DNA of 64,000 nt from Candidatus Ozemobacteraceae bacterium (GTDB taxonomy: Bacteria > Muiribacteriota > Ozemobacteria > Ozemobacterales > Ozemobacteraceae): assembly GCA_965140445.1 (NCBI GenBank), contig OZ223236.1:1888001-1952000 (forward strand), read 5' to 3'. Position numbers and translations under genes: made by a program. Below the pieces are notes generated by a model. The model ran no database searches and had not been told where the DNA came from. It saw only the letters and a program-made list of their open reading frames with translations. Below, piece by piece: positions 40,793 through 50,566 of this stretch. Numbering within the stretch: position 1 is the first letter of the stretch; each line of letters starts with the position of its first letter.

Positions 40793-43168
40793 TTAGAGAG
40801 CTCTTTCAATTTCCTTCATATGGAAAAGTTCAAGAATGTCGCCTTCTTTGATGTCGTTATAGTTTTCAATACCGATTCCGCATTCGTAACCAGCGTGAAC
40901 TTCTTTAACGTCATCTTTAAATCTCTTAAGAGATGAAAGCTTGCCTTCATAAATTTCAACACTATCTCTTATCAGTCTGACTGATGAATTGCGTGTTACT
41001 GTTCCGTTTAAAACGTAAGAACCACAGATGGTTCCTGCACCAGTGATTTTGTACACTTTACGGATTTCAACGCGACCAAGAATTTCTTCCTCAAATTCTG
41101 GTTCATACATACCGCGAAGGGCATTTTTAACCGCATCAATAGCATCGTAAATGATTTTGAAAACTTTGATTTCAACATCTTCTTTTTTGGCAACTTCATC
41201 AACATCAGTCATAGGTCTAACATGGAAGCCAATGATAATTGCATTACTTGCTGCTGCAAGATTTACGTCAGCTGCTGTAATTCCGCCTACGCCGGTGTGA
41301 ATTACATTAACTTTTACTTCATCATTGCTAAGTCTTTCCAAAGCATCTTTCATGGCTCCAGCGGAACCTTGAACGTCAGCCTTGATGATGATGTTAAGTT
41401 CTTTTACCTGGCCTTCGCTCATTTGCTTGAACAAATCAACCAGTTTCATGCGGTTATCTCTTGAAAGTCTTTCTTCACGAGATTTTTTCTGACGGAGTTC
41501 GCCAACATATCTTGCAAACTTAGCGCTTTCAACCACTGTAAGCTTGTCGCCTACCGCAGGCACGTCGTTTAAACCAAGAATTGCTGCTGGAAATGAAGGT
41601 CCGGCTTCTTTGATTCTTTTACCCGAATCATCAATTAATGCTTTTACTCTACCAAAGGTAGATCCACAAATAATGTGATCGCCGACGCGAATTCTACCAT
41701 TTTGAATAAGACCGGTTCCGATAGCTCCCATGCCTTTATCCATTCTTGCTTCAATTATGATGCCCTTTGCTGATCTGGTCGGGTTAGCTTTTAGCTCAAG
41801 CATTTCTGCTTGTAAAAGGACCATTTCTAATAGATCTGAAACGCCCTGACCTGTTTTGGCAGAAACAGAAACCATAGTGGTGTCTCCGCCCCATTCGTCA
41901 GAAACAAGTTTTACTTTCATCAGTTCTTGTTTGGCTTTTTCAACATTAGCTTCAGGTTTATCAACCTTATTAATTGCAACAACAATTGGAACGCCTGCTG
42001 CTTGAGCATGATGAACCGCTTCAATTGTTTGTGGTTGAACACCGTCATCAGCAGCTACAACAAGAATAGCTATGTCGGTAACAAGAGCTCCCTGGGCACG
42101 CATGGCGGTGAACGCTTCATGGCCAGGAGTGTCAATAAATGTGATTACTCCAGAAGGCAACTTAACCTGGTAAGCACCAATATGCTGTGTGATTCCACCG
42201 ACTTCTTTGTCAGCAACATGAGCTTTTCTGATGAAATCTAACAATGATGTTTTACCATGGTCAACATGGCCCATTATTGTTACTACTGGAGGCCTTGGTT
42301 TAAGGTCTTCTTCTTTATCTGGAGTATCTTCAAAAACAATAACATCATCTGCCAGAATAATTTCTTTGCCGAATTCCTGTCCAATTAGTTGAACATGCTC
42401 AGGCTCGAGACGCTGATTTAAGCTCGCAATAACGCCGAGCCCAAACAGGGTCTTAATTATACTGGTAGAAGAAATATCAAGGTATTTAGCCAGTTGGCTT
42501 ACGGTTACGTCTTGTGGCACTGTTATTTTTATTACCTCTGGAGTGGCTTCTTCATCATTCCCCCGTCGGAATTTCTCTTTTTTCGCTTCTGCCTTATTCT
42601 CTTGTTCTCTAAGCTCAGCCTGAACTTTCTTTGAAAATTGTGAGCGCTTAGTTTTGGCTTTTTGGCTTTTTTTCTTAGTAGTATCTACTGTTACTTCTTT
42701 TTTAGGAATTGTTTTAATAATGGTGATCTGTTTATTAACTTCAATTTCCTCAAGAACTTCATTTACTTTGTCAGTTCTTGGAGGTTTTGGGCCAGTTCTT
42801 TTTTTATCATGCGCTTTTTTTGCTTCAATAGCTTTAGCTGTGTTTTCGGCCTTTTGAGGTTTCGAATCGCTGGAGTTTTTTTCAACAGATGGGGTTTGCG
42901 GTACTGGTTTGGTTTCTTTTTTTACGGGCTGTGGTGTAGCTGTTTTTTCAGCTTTCTTATTATTTTCTGGAGGGGCTTTTTGTACAGTCTTTTCCTGCTG
43001 TTTTTTTCCAGCCTGGCTAAAATGCTTTTCTAAATCAGCAAGCATTTCTTCTGAAACAGCTGAGAACTGATGTGCTTTTACTTCATAACCCAACTTTCCT
43101 AAAAGCTGAGCCATTTCCTTGTTCGATAAATTATACTTTTTACTTGTTTCGTGTAGTCTTATACCCAT
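40793..43168 (-). CDS. infB: Translation initiation factor IF-2
   Basis: [33 protein letters not shown]. Confidence 0.99.
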   Translation of the reverse strand: MGIRLHETSKKYNLSNKEMAQLLGKLGYEVKAHQFSAVSEEMLADLEKHFSQAGKKQQEKTVQKAPPENNKKAEKTATPQPVKKETKPVPQTPSVEKNSSDSKPQKAENTAKAIEAKKAHDKKRTGPKPPRTDKVNEVLEEIEVNKQITIIKTIPKKEVTVDTTKKKSQKAKTKRSQFSKKVQAELREQENKAEAKKEKFRRGNDEEATPEVIKITVPQDVTVSQLAKYLDISSTSIIKTLFGLGVIASLNQRLEPEHVQLIGQEFGKEIILADDVIVFEDTPDKEEDLKPRPPVVTIMGHVDHGKTSLLDFIRKAHVADKEVGGITQHIGAYQVKLPSGVITFIDTPGHEAFTAMRAQGALVTDIAILVVAADDGVQPQTIEAVHHAQAAGVPIVVAINKVDKPEANVEKAKQELMKVKLVSDEWGGDTTMVSVSAKTGQGVSDLLEMVLLQAEMLELKANPTRSAKGIIIEARMDKGMGAIGTGLIQNGRIRVGDHIICGSTFGRVKALIDDSGKRIKEAGPSFPAAILGLNDVPAVGDKLTVVESAKFARYVGELRQKKSREERLSRDNRMKLVDLFKQMSEGQVKELNIIIKADVQGSAGAMKDALERLSNDEVKVNVIHTGVGGITAADVNLAAASNAIIIGFHVRPMTDVDEVAKKEDVEIKVFKIIYDAIDAVKNALRGMYEPEFEEEILGRVEIRKVYKITGAGTICGSYVLNGTVTRNSSVRLIRDSVEIYEGKLSSLKRFKDDVKEVHAGYECGIGIENYNDIKEGDILELFHMKEIERAL

Positions 43169-43203
43169 CCATTACCTCCAGGCTACCATTACCGTGATTG
43201 TTT

Positions 43204-44262
43204 TTATTCAGAAACCATATTTTCTATGTCTTTTTCTGTTTTAATATCGATTTTAATTCCAGTGAGTTTGGATGCGAGTTTAACATTTTGCCCTTCTTTC
43301 CCAATTGCTAAGGAAAGCTGGTTTTGTGACACAATTGCCAGGGCCGATCTCATATCTTCACTTACTTTTACAGACTGAACCTTTGCAGGGCTCAATGCAT
43401 TAATTACATATTCTCCATAGTCTTCGCTGAATCTTACAATGTCGATTTTCTCGCCATTAAGTTCATCAACGATTCCCTTTATTCTGCTTCCCTTAAGGCC
43501 AACGCATGCACCAACAGGATCAACTCTGTTGTCTGAGGTTGAAACGGAAACTTTTACTCTTAAACCAGCTTCACGTGAAGAAGATTTAATTTCTACGATT
43601 CCATCTGCTATTTCAGGCACCGATTGCTTGAACAGAATTTCCACAAATTTTGCACAATTTCTTGAAAGCACAATCTGTGGGCCTTTTGTAGTAGGTCTGA
43701 CTTCGGTTACATAACATTTGATGCGATCGTTTGTTCTGAAAACTTCGCCAGGGATCTGCTCTTTAGGGGGAAGAACAGCTTCGGCCTTTGCAAATTCAAC
43801 ATAAACATGGCCGCGTTCAACTCGCTGAACTTTGCCGGTCATTACCTGACCAACTTTTGTTTGGAATTCTTCCAAAATCAAATTTCTTTCAGCTTCTTTC
43901 AACTTCTGGCTGACAACCTGTCTTGCTGTTTGAGCTGCAATTCTTCCAAATGATGGAGGAGTAACATCTTCTTCAACAACATCACCAGGCTGCGCATCCG
44001 GATCAATTTCTTTTGCTTCTTCAAGTGTATATTGTTTATCAGGATCATCAAGATCATCACCATCGATTACAACTCGATAGGAAATTACCTTGAAGGTTCC
44101 TGTTTCTTCTTCAAGTTTAACTTTTACATCTTCACCCGTGTCAAAGTTCTTTCTGTAAGCGACAACAAGCGCTTCTTCTATTGCCTGAACAAGAACAGAC
44201 ATGGGAAGATTCTTTTCACCGATTACTTCCTTTAAAGCTTCGAATAGACTCGTTTTAGTCAT
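43204..44262 (-). CDS. nusA: Transcription termination/antitermination factor NusA
   Basis: FGRIAAQTA, S1 and KH domains, SLAIGKEGQNVKLA; start ATG 44262 with GGAGG SD. Confidence 0.98.
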   Translation of the reverse strand: MTKTSLFEALKEVIGEKNLPMSVLVQAIEEALVVAYRKNFDTGEDVKVKLEEETGTFKVISYRVVIDGDDLDDPDKQYTLEEAKEIDPDAQPGDVVEEDVTPPSFGRIAAQTARQVVSQKLKEAERNLILEEFQTKVGQVMTGKVQRVERGHVYVEFAKAEAVLPPKEQIPGEVFRTNDRIKCYVTEVRPTTKGPQIVLSRNCAKFVEILFKQSVPEIADGIVEIKSSSREAGLRVKVSVSTSDNRVDPVGACVGLKGSRIKGIVDELNGEKIDIVRFSEDYGEYVINALSPAKVQSVKVSEDMRSALAIVSQNQLSLAIGKEGQNVKLASKLTGIKIDIKTEKDIENMVSE

Positions 44263-44276
44263 AATACCTCCCCTTG

Positions 44277-44768
44277 TCATCCTTGCTTAAGTCTAGGTGG
44301 AAATTCCAACACTGCGCGAGCCTCAACAACTCTATTCATAGGAAACTCCCTAAGACCTTTATCTAAACTGACGACAATGCGTTCTTCAGAAAATTCTTGT
44401 AAACGGGCTCTGAAAACTTCTTTTTTTTCACTTTCATCACTAATTCTGATGGACCATTTTACTAATTTTCCTATGTGACGCTCGAAATCGACCACTCTTT
44501 TCAAAATTCTTTCAACCCCAGGAGATGAAACTTCAAGGGTATATGTTCTGTGGATCAAATCAACTTCGTCCATATATTCGCTTAAGGCTCTGGAAACTAT
44601 TGCACAATCTTCAACCTTAATTCCTTCTGGGCTATCAATTATCACTTCAAGAACCATTTTTTTGTTTATTGATTTATAAGTTACGTCATAAATCTCATAA
44701 GCACTGGAGAAAGAACTCTCAACAAAGTTCCTTACTGATTCAATAATCTTCTGGACATCTTGTGCCAT
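44277..44768 (-). CDS. rimP: Ribosome maturation factor RimP
   Basis: DCAIVSR, YTLEVSSPGVER; first gene of the nusA-infB operon. Confidence 0.96.
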   Translation of the reverse strand: MAQDVQKIIESVRNFVESSFSSAYEIYDVTYKSINKKMVLEVIIDSPEGIKVEDCAIVSRALSEYMDEVDLIHRTYTLEVSSPGVERILKRVVDFERHIGKLVKWSIRISDESEKKEVFRARLQEFSEERIVVSLDKGLREFPMNRVVEARAVLEFPPRLKQG

Positions 44769-44787
44769 TTCTTTCTCCTGTTTATCT

Positions 44788-44829
44788 GAAACACCAAAAT
44801 CCGCTTTTAAAGCGGCCTTTGTTTGTTTC
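44788..44829 (-). promoter_or_regulatory. rimP 5' leader hairpin (attenuator-like)
   Basis: Minus strand GAAACAAACAAAGG-CCGCTT-taa-AAGCGG-ATTTTGGTGTTTC, imperfect long stem just upstream of the rimP SD. Confidence 0.5.
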
Positions 44830-44864
44830 GCTTACACTTTTTTACTAAAGCTCGTTGAATCGCA

Positions 44865-44899
44865 AGTCTAGCACTTAATTGATATTAAATCAAGTGCTA
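44865..44899 (-). promoter_or_regulatory. rimP operon promoter overlapped by an inverted repeat
   Basis: TTGATT (44893-44888), 17 bp, TAGACT (44870-44865); TAGCACTT-N15-AAGTGCTA at 44869-44899. Confidence 0.55.
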
Positions 44900-44977
44900 T
44901 GTTTGTTTTAAACACTGTGATAATTCATGTTTTGGGAAGCAAACAATGTACAGAATCCGCTACTCAATATTGTTTAA

Positions 44978-45030
44978 GAAAAAAAAGAGAAAAAATCTCC
45001 AGGAAAATTCCTGGAGATAATTTTTTCTTC
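44978..45030. terminator. Intrinsic terminator (bidirectional form)
   Basis: ATCTCCAGGAA-aa-TTCCTGGAGAT (44995-45018) with T-rich tails on both strands, downstream of the secretin-like gene. Confidence 0.85.
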
Positions 45031-45041
45031 GTTAATTTTAA

Positions 45042-46268
45042 TTAGTTTGCTTTTACATTTAATTCCATAAATATTTTTTTACTTTCATCAATTGGAAATG
45101 ACAGCCACATATTTTTCTTAATTTTAACCGTAGTGGAGAAGCTTCTTTTGATTTCCTTTTTTTCTTCTTTATCAAAAGTTAATCCAAAAATTTTGTTATT
45201 CATTTCCAGAATTACATGATCACTTTCTCCGGCTTCATTAAAAACCAAATCTGTTTCATAGCTGAATATATCCTCAGATACTTTTTCCTTGTTTTCTGAG
45301 TTATGCCCAACTTTAATCTTTGCTTTTTGTCCTGGAAGAGCAACTAATTTGGGGGCAGAAAGAAGCTTTGCTAATTCTTGCTTTGCTTTCTCATCTAATT
45401 TTGAGAAGTTTTCTACCGATTGGTTGTTCTTTTTAAGCTCCCATATTTTGATTGAAATGGTATGAGCTTTTCCTTCTTTGTCTCTCGCAAATAAAAGTTG
45501 TTTAGCTTTTTCGATGCTTTCTGGAGAGCCTTCAAGAAGAAGATTGTCTTTATATGTTCTGGCAATTAAGTCTGGGAAGCTTTGCTTGTTTGAACTAAGG
45601 ATTTTTTTCCCATTGTCGGGAGAAAGATAGGCTAAGGTGACTTCCTCTTTTGCATAATTTTTGTTAAAGCCATGCATTCCTCTGGGAAAAACAAGATAGA
45701 TATTTCCATTTTTTTCGTAATCCAGATCAGACATTTTGCAGATAACGTCTAATGAATCTTTTACTGTTGCATCTTTAAGTTGAATAGATATCTTACCTTT
45801 TACACTATTGTGCTTCACCAGATTAATATCTGCTGTTTTTGCTATTAGGCTTAAAACGTTACCAATTTCAACATCTTTAAGTTTAAGGTTTATTCTATTT
45901 TCAGTTAGAGCTGACTCTTTTGTGTGAGAGTTTAAAAGCATGTTTTCAAGTCTTTTAATAAAAGCTTTTGTCTCATCTGAAGATTCAAGCATTCTAAGTC
46001 TGTTTAATAACTCAATAGATTTTTCCTTGTCACCCTGCATAAGCTTTAAACAACTTAGGTGAAATATGCTTTTTGCCGCAGTTTTTTCATCAGATGATAA
46101 TATTCCAGAATTCAATTGCTTTTCTATTTTTGCATCTGGGCCATTTATCCATAAACTTGTAATGGCATTTTCCAATGCTGGATCTTCTGTGGCGGTTTGG
46201 GCAAAGCACGAGCAAGCCATGGCTGCAAACAAAACTGTAAGAATCACTTGTAAGATAGATTTTTTCAT
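45042..46268 (-). CDS. Secretin-like exported protein (STN/N0 + N3 domains + reduced secretin core)
   Basis: AGGAGG SD, signal peptide; INLKLKDVEIGNVLSLIAK..VKGKISIQLKD (STN), NLLLEGSPESIEKAKQLL (N3), LLSAPKLVALPGQKAKIKVG (secretin core strand). Confidence 0.7.
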   Translation of the reverse strand: MKKSILQVILTVLFAAMACSCFAQTATEDPALENAITSLWINGPDAKIEKQLNSGILSSDEKTAAKSIFHLSCLKLMQGDKEKSIELLNRLRMLESSDETKAFIKRLENMLLNSHTKESALTENRINLKLKDVEIGNVLSLIAKTADINLVKHNSVKGKISIQLKDATVKDSLDVICKMSDLDYEKNGNIYLVFPRGMHGFNKNYAKEEVTLAYLSPDNGKKILSSNKQSFPDLIARTYKDNLLLEGSPESIEKAKQLLFARDKEGKAHTISIKIWELKKNNQSVENFSKLDEKAKQELAKLLSAPKLVALPGQKAKIKVGHNSENKEKVSEDIFSYETDLVFNEAGESDHVILEMNNKIFGLTFDKEEKKEIKRSFSTTVKIKKNMWLSFPIDESKKIFMELNVKAN

Positions 46269-46337
46269 AAAATTCCTCCTTTGGACTTTTGCTAACTTAA
46301 CTATCCGTCCAAAGTGTTTCAGTCGATTTTCATGTAA

Positions 46338-46356
46338 GTAACAATCTTGTAACAAT
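46338..46356 (-). promoter_or_regulatory. OmpR/PhoB-family tandem direct-repeat binding site
   Basis: ATTGTTAC-aag-ATTGTTAC, 11-bp period (TGTTAC-N5-TGTTAC), upstream of the secretin-like gene. Confidence 0.6.
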
Positions 46357-47034
46357 TCAAAATTTCAATGTGTAACCAAAGCCTCTTACTGTTATAAGCA
46401 CTTCTGGCTGTTTTTCCTGCTCAAGTTTCTTTCTAAGTCGTCCAACATGAACATCAACCGCTCTTGAGTCCTCAAGCTCTTTTACTCCCCAGAGTCTTTC
46501 CACGATCTGCTCACGACTTATCACATTGTTTTTATTCAAAAAAAGATATTCCAGTAAAAGCCATTCAGTAGTAGTCAGTTGAACATCTTTTCCATTTTCA
46601 GTGGCAGATTTGGCTGAGAAACAAACTTTGAGCTTTCCAATATTATTTACATCGCTCGAATCTATTTCTTTTGATCTACGCAAAACAGCTTTTACCCTTG
46701 CTATTAGCTCTCTAATTCGAAATGGTTTTGTAACATAGTCATCTGCGCCGGCATCTAATGCCTTTATCACATCAATCTCACGATCTCTTACCGTACAAAC
46801 AATGCAGGGTTCATTTTGGCCTCGATCACGCCATTCCCTTAGTTTTTCAATTCCATTTCCGTCTGGTAGGTTTACATCCAGCAATATTGCGGAAAAACTC
46901 TCGGAAGCCAGTAGTTTCTCTGCATCTTCAAGTGTGGTGGCGGTTTGAGTCTCAAATCCCTCATATTCCAGATTATCAGAAAGTAGTTCTCTTATTATTG
47001 CTTCGTCTTCTACTATTAGTATTTTATTTATCAT
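46357..47034 (-). CDS. OmpR/PhoB family response regulator
   Basis: VEDE, LLDVNLPDGNG, GADDYVTKPF, VDVHVGRLRKK, TVRGFGY. Confidence 0.97.
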   Translation of the reverse strand: MINKILIVEDEAIIRELLSDNLEYEGFETQTATTLEDAEKLLASESFSAILLDVNLPDGNGIEKLREWRDRGQNEPCIVCTVRDREIDVIKALDAGADDYVTKPFRIRELIARVKAVLRRSKEIDSSDVNNIGKLKVCFSAKSATENGKDVQLTTTEWLLLEYLFLNKNNVISREQIVERLWGVKELEDSRAVDVHVGRLRKKLEQEKQPEVLITVRGFGYTLKF

Positions 47035-48799
47035 TTTCTTTATCCTCCGCTACTTGCCAGTCAGTGGAGAGTGATAAACCCTTTTCTGATCTATTTTTTG
47101 CCATAAAATTTCCATTATGCTCTCTCATGATTTGTCGGACTAAATACAAGCCAATTCCGGAACCTCCCCTTTTTGGCTTGTATGGAAGATCTCCCCATAG
47201 CAGAGAAGTTTCAGTATTTTGTTGCAAACCACTTAGTCCTGGTCCTTTGTCTTTTATTGTGATTGAAAGCCGCTTGTTTCTTAGCTGTCTGGAACTAATG
47301 TCCAGGCATTTTCCTGCATCTGCATGTTTTATGGCATTTTCTATAAGGTTTATGTGGACTCTTTCCCACATTTCTAAGTCAGCTGATATTAGAATTTCTT
47401 CGGGAATTTCAACTGAAATGTTCCAACCAGAAAGGCGCGGTGCAAATCTTTGTATTAGATGGTTTATCTTTTCATGTGGGGAAAAAACAGAAGGTTCTGC
47501 CTTGATTAATTTCTTTCGCAGTCTGACCGAAAGCAGCATTTGATCAATTAAAAAAGCTGCGCGGTCAGTTTCATTTAAGAGTTGGGTTAGATACTTTTGC
47601 CGCTGTTCATCGCTTTTATATCTTCCAAGAGAAATCGTTTCTGCAAGAAATCTGACTGTTGTTAAAGGGGTCTTTAAGTCATGGGTGGTTTGTCTGAAAA
47701 ATAACTCTTCTTCTTCGAGAAGCTTTTTTTGTTGGATTATTTGCCATTCATATAATGAAAAGCCGAAGAGACCAATTATTCCCAGTGATGTCAAAATCAA
47801 AAGAAGAACAAAGTTAGAGTCTATTCTAGCCGTTTCTCCCTCACCTGAAATCGCTATAAAAAGACCGTTGAAGCTTTTTAACCTGTGGTTTGAGGGGCTT
47901 TGAACTAATTGAAGCTTAAACTCTTTTTCGTGAAAAACTGAGCCGTTAAGTTTACGGCCGATTTCTTTTATAAGGTAGTCTCCCGGAAATGCAATTATGC
48001 CTAACTTATGATCCAGCAGGAGATAGTTTTTACCATTGCTTTGTTGCCAACCAGCTATTAAATTCTGGCTTGAAGATTTTTTGTAGCACCAGATAAGAAA
48101 CTCCAGCCAGTCCTGATTACTTTTTGAAATATTCATAGAAAAAAAGTCGTTTGGATCAGACGGGAGGCGCCGGGGAATTGGTAAATCAGCTAATTTGTAT
48201 AACCATTGTTGGAATCCATCAGTATTTTGTTCAATAAGGTTAGATTTGGCGGCAAGAATTGCAGCATGGTATTTCAAAGATTTCCCATCTGGAAGAATAT
48301 AGTCAAAAGGGGAGGCCAGAATTTTAAAGGCAGCTTTTCTTGCCAGAAAATAGTCGCCAGCATCAAAATGCAACTTGCAGATTTTAAATTGCCAAAACCC
48401 TTTGTTAGAAGGGTCCGCATTTATTTCAGCCTTTGTAAACTGTAAGAGAGCCGATTCGGTTGAAATTGCAGATATGAACAGGTGTTGAAAGCTTTCATCT
48501 CCAGAAGGAACTTTCAAATCTGGAAAGATCGGCTGCTCCATAGGAAGATTAACAGCGAAAGGTGGAACCTTCTGGGTTCGCAGCTCTTGAAGAAATTGTG
48601 AGCAAATTTTATCGGCCTGCTCGATTTTTTTTCCAATATCAACTTCTTCGAGCATTCTTTTTTGTCTGACTAATGCGTTATATGAAAAAACAATAAGAAA
48701 AACAAAAGAAACAACTATTAAGAGCAAACTAAGTCTATATCTAAAATTTGCACTATTTCTATAAGTTTTATTCATTTTTGTTATCCTGTTTGTTTGCAT
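47024..48799 (-). CDS. Membrane sensor histidine kinase
   Basis: Two TM segments around a large extracytoplasmic domain; HDLKTPL, NLIENAIKH, DKGPG, GSGIGL. Confidence 0.95.
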   Translation of the reverse strand: MQTNRITKMNKTYRNSANFRYRLSLLLIVVSFVFLIVFSYNALVRQKRMLEEVDIGKKIEQADKICSQFLQELRTQKVPPFAVNLPMEQPIFPDLKVPSGDESFQHLFISAISTESALLQFTKAEINADPSNKGFWQFKICKLHFDAGDYFLARKAAFKILASPFDYILPDGKSLKYHAAILAAKSNLIEQNTDGFQQWLYKLADLPIPRRLPSDPNDFFSMNISKSNQDWLEFLIWCYKKSSSQNLIAGWQQSNGKNYLLLDHKLGIIAFPGDYLIKEIGRKLNGSVFHEKEFKLQLVQSPSNHRLKSFNGLFIAISGEGETARIDSNFVLLLILTSLGIIGLFGFSLYEWQIIQQKKLLEEEELFFRQTTHDLKTPLTTVRFLAETISLGRYKSDEQRQKYLTQLLNETDRAAFLIDQMLLSVRLRKKLIKAEPSVFSPHEKINHLIQRFAPRLSGWNISVEIPEEILISADLEMWERVHINLIENAIKHADAGKCLDISSRQLRNKRLSITIKDKGPGLSGLQQNTETSLLWGDLPYKPKRGGSGIGLYLVRQIMREHNGNFMAKNRSEKGLSLSTDWQVAEDKENDK

Positions 48800-48883
48800 A
48801 ATGCGTGCAAACTCATTCTACAAATGATAGTTATATTCTAAATAGATTTTTTTACGATTGAAATTCGTAAGACTGAGGATAAC

Positions 48884-50566
48884 ATGTATAAAAAAAATGA
48901 GGAATATAAGACTGCTTTCAGAGTCTTTTTAATCTTGTTGCTTCCATTGGCCTTAATTTTGGGCTGCGGTGAAACAGGCTTTGATAAGAAAGATGCTCCG
49001 GTCGAATCACCCAAAAAGCCGGTTTATGGAGGTATCTATCGAAGGGCTTTTGCTGATACGTTTATTGTTTTAGATCCCGCAGAAATAAAAGATTCTAATT
49101 CACACGAAGTTGCCCGCCAGATATTTGATGGCCTGGTCGAATTTGATGAAACAGGTAATGTAATTCCTGCAATTGCTGCCAGCTGGGAAATTAGTGAAGA
49201 CAAACTTAATTACGTTTTTACTCTTAGAAAAGATTGTAGATTTCATAGTATCTCAGGAGGGCAGAAAACTAAGAATGGTGGTAGGTTAATTAGCGCAGAA
49301 GACGTCGAATATACCTTCCATAGATTGCTGTCTCCAAGGGATGATTTTCAAGGGTCATTTTTCTGGGTAATTGAAGGCGCGCAGGACTTTTCAAAAGGCA
49401 AATCAGACAAGATCTCCGGGATAAAGGTTATTGCTTCGGATTCCATTCAATTTAAGCTGGAAAAGCCTTTTGCCCCATTTGTTTCTTTGTTGGCAATGTG
49501 TAATGCCTTTATCGTTCCACATGAAGATGCTGAATCTGACAGCGATTTCAATTTGTGTCCAGTCGGTGCAGGCCCATTCAGGTGGAAAGAAAGAACTGAA
49601 AGTAAATTGGTAGTAGAAGCTAATGATGAATATTACCGAGGTCGACCATATCTGGATTACATTGAATTTGTAATCATCCCGGATGATTCTAAAAGGTATC
49701 AGGCCTTTAAAAAGGGACTTTTGATGCATGTTGATGTTCCTGATCCCGAATATAAGAATGTAAAACAGGACCCAACTATGTCTAAAAACCTCATCGAAAG
49801 GAGCCTTTGGGGAACAAACTATCTTGGGTTTAATGTTGACTCCGCGCCTTTTAATAACAAAAAAGTTCGTCAGGCAATTAATTATTCAATTGATAAAGAA
49901 GCGATTGTTAAGCTTGTTTTAAATGATCGAGCAAGGATCGCAAATGGTGTCCTTCCACAAGGCATGATCGGGTTTAATCAAGATCTTGCTGGTTATCCAT
50001 TTGATCTGGAAAAGGCAAGAAAGCTTCTTGCCGAAGCTGGTTTTCCTGATGGAAAAGGTTTCCCGGAAATCGAACTCCAGTTCAACAAGGACGAGATCCA
50101 CACGCGAATTAGTGAGTTTGTTCTGGCCAATTTGAGAGATATTGGGATTAAGTGCAGAGTGAAAGAACTGGATTTTGGCGCACATTTAAGTTCTGTAGAA
50201 TCAGGAATCGCCAAATTTTTCCGAATGGGGTGGACGATTGATTATCCAGACCCGGACAGCTTTTTATACACGCTTTTCCATTCGTCAAATATCGGAACTG
50301 GATATAATTTTTCTCACTTCAGTGATAAGCAGACAGATATGTTGCTTGATAAAGCACGTTTCGAAACAGATCCCAAAGCCAGAATTAAGCTGTATAGCGA
50401 AGCTGAGAGGCGAATCGTTGAGGAAGCTCCATGGGTCTTTTTATACTTTTATACAACGCATCTCCTGCATCAACCTAATGTTATGGGCATTAAGCTTGGG
50501 CCACTTGGGATGCCATTCATAGAATATAGAAAAATTTGGTTGTCCGAAAAAGAGAGCCTGGATTAA
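48884..50566 (+). CDS. ABC peptide-binding lipoprotein (family 5, OppA/DppA-like)
   Basis: Lipobox LILGC, LDPA, FDGLV, PVGAGPF, VRQAINYSID, W..DYPDPDSFL. Confidence 0.93.
   Translation: MYKKNEEYKTAFRVFLILLLPLALILGCGETGFDKKDAPVESPKKPVYGGIYRRAFADTFIVLDPAEIKDSNSHEVARQIFDGLVEFDETGNVIPAIAASWEISEDKLNYVFTLRKDCRFHSISGGQKTKNGGRLISAEDVEYTFHRLLSPRDDFQGSFFWVIEGAQDFSKGKSDKISGIKVIASDSIQFKLEKPFAPFVSLLAMCNAFIVPHEDAESDSDFNLCPVGAGPFRWKERTESKLVVEANDEYYRGRPYLDYIEFVIIPDDSKRYQAFKKGLLMHVDVPDPEYKNVKQDPTMSKNLIERSLWGTNYLGFNVDSAPFNNKKVRQAINYSIDKEAIVKLVLNDRARIANGVLPQGMIGFNQDLAGYPFDLEKARKLLAEAGFPDGKGFPEIELQFNKDEIHTRISEFVLANLRDIGIKCRVKELDFGAHLSSVESGIAKFFRMGWTIDYPDPDSFLYTLFHSSNIGTGYNFSHFSDKQTDMLLDKARFETDPKARIKLYSEAERRIVEEAPWVFLYFYTTHLLHQPNVMGIKLGPLGMPFIEYRKIWLSEKESLD

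Noticed and set aside
44869..44899. Canonical CIRCE (HrcA) element
   Set aside because: Spacer is 15 rather than 9 nt, the arms deviate, and the downstream genes are not chaperones; reported only as an unexplained palindrome.
46758..47543. 261-aa plus-strand ORF
   Set aside because: Antisense to the histidine kinase and response regulator; shadow ORF.
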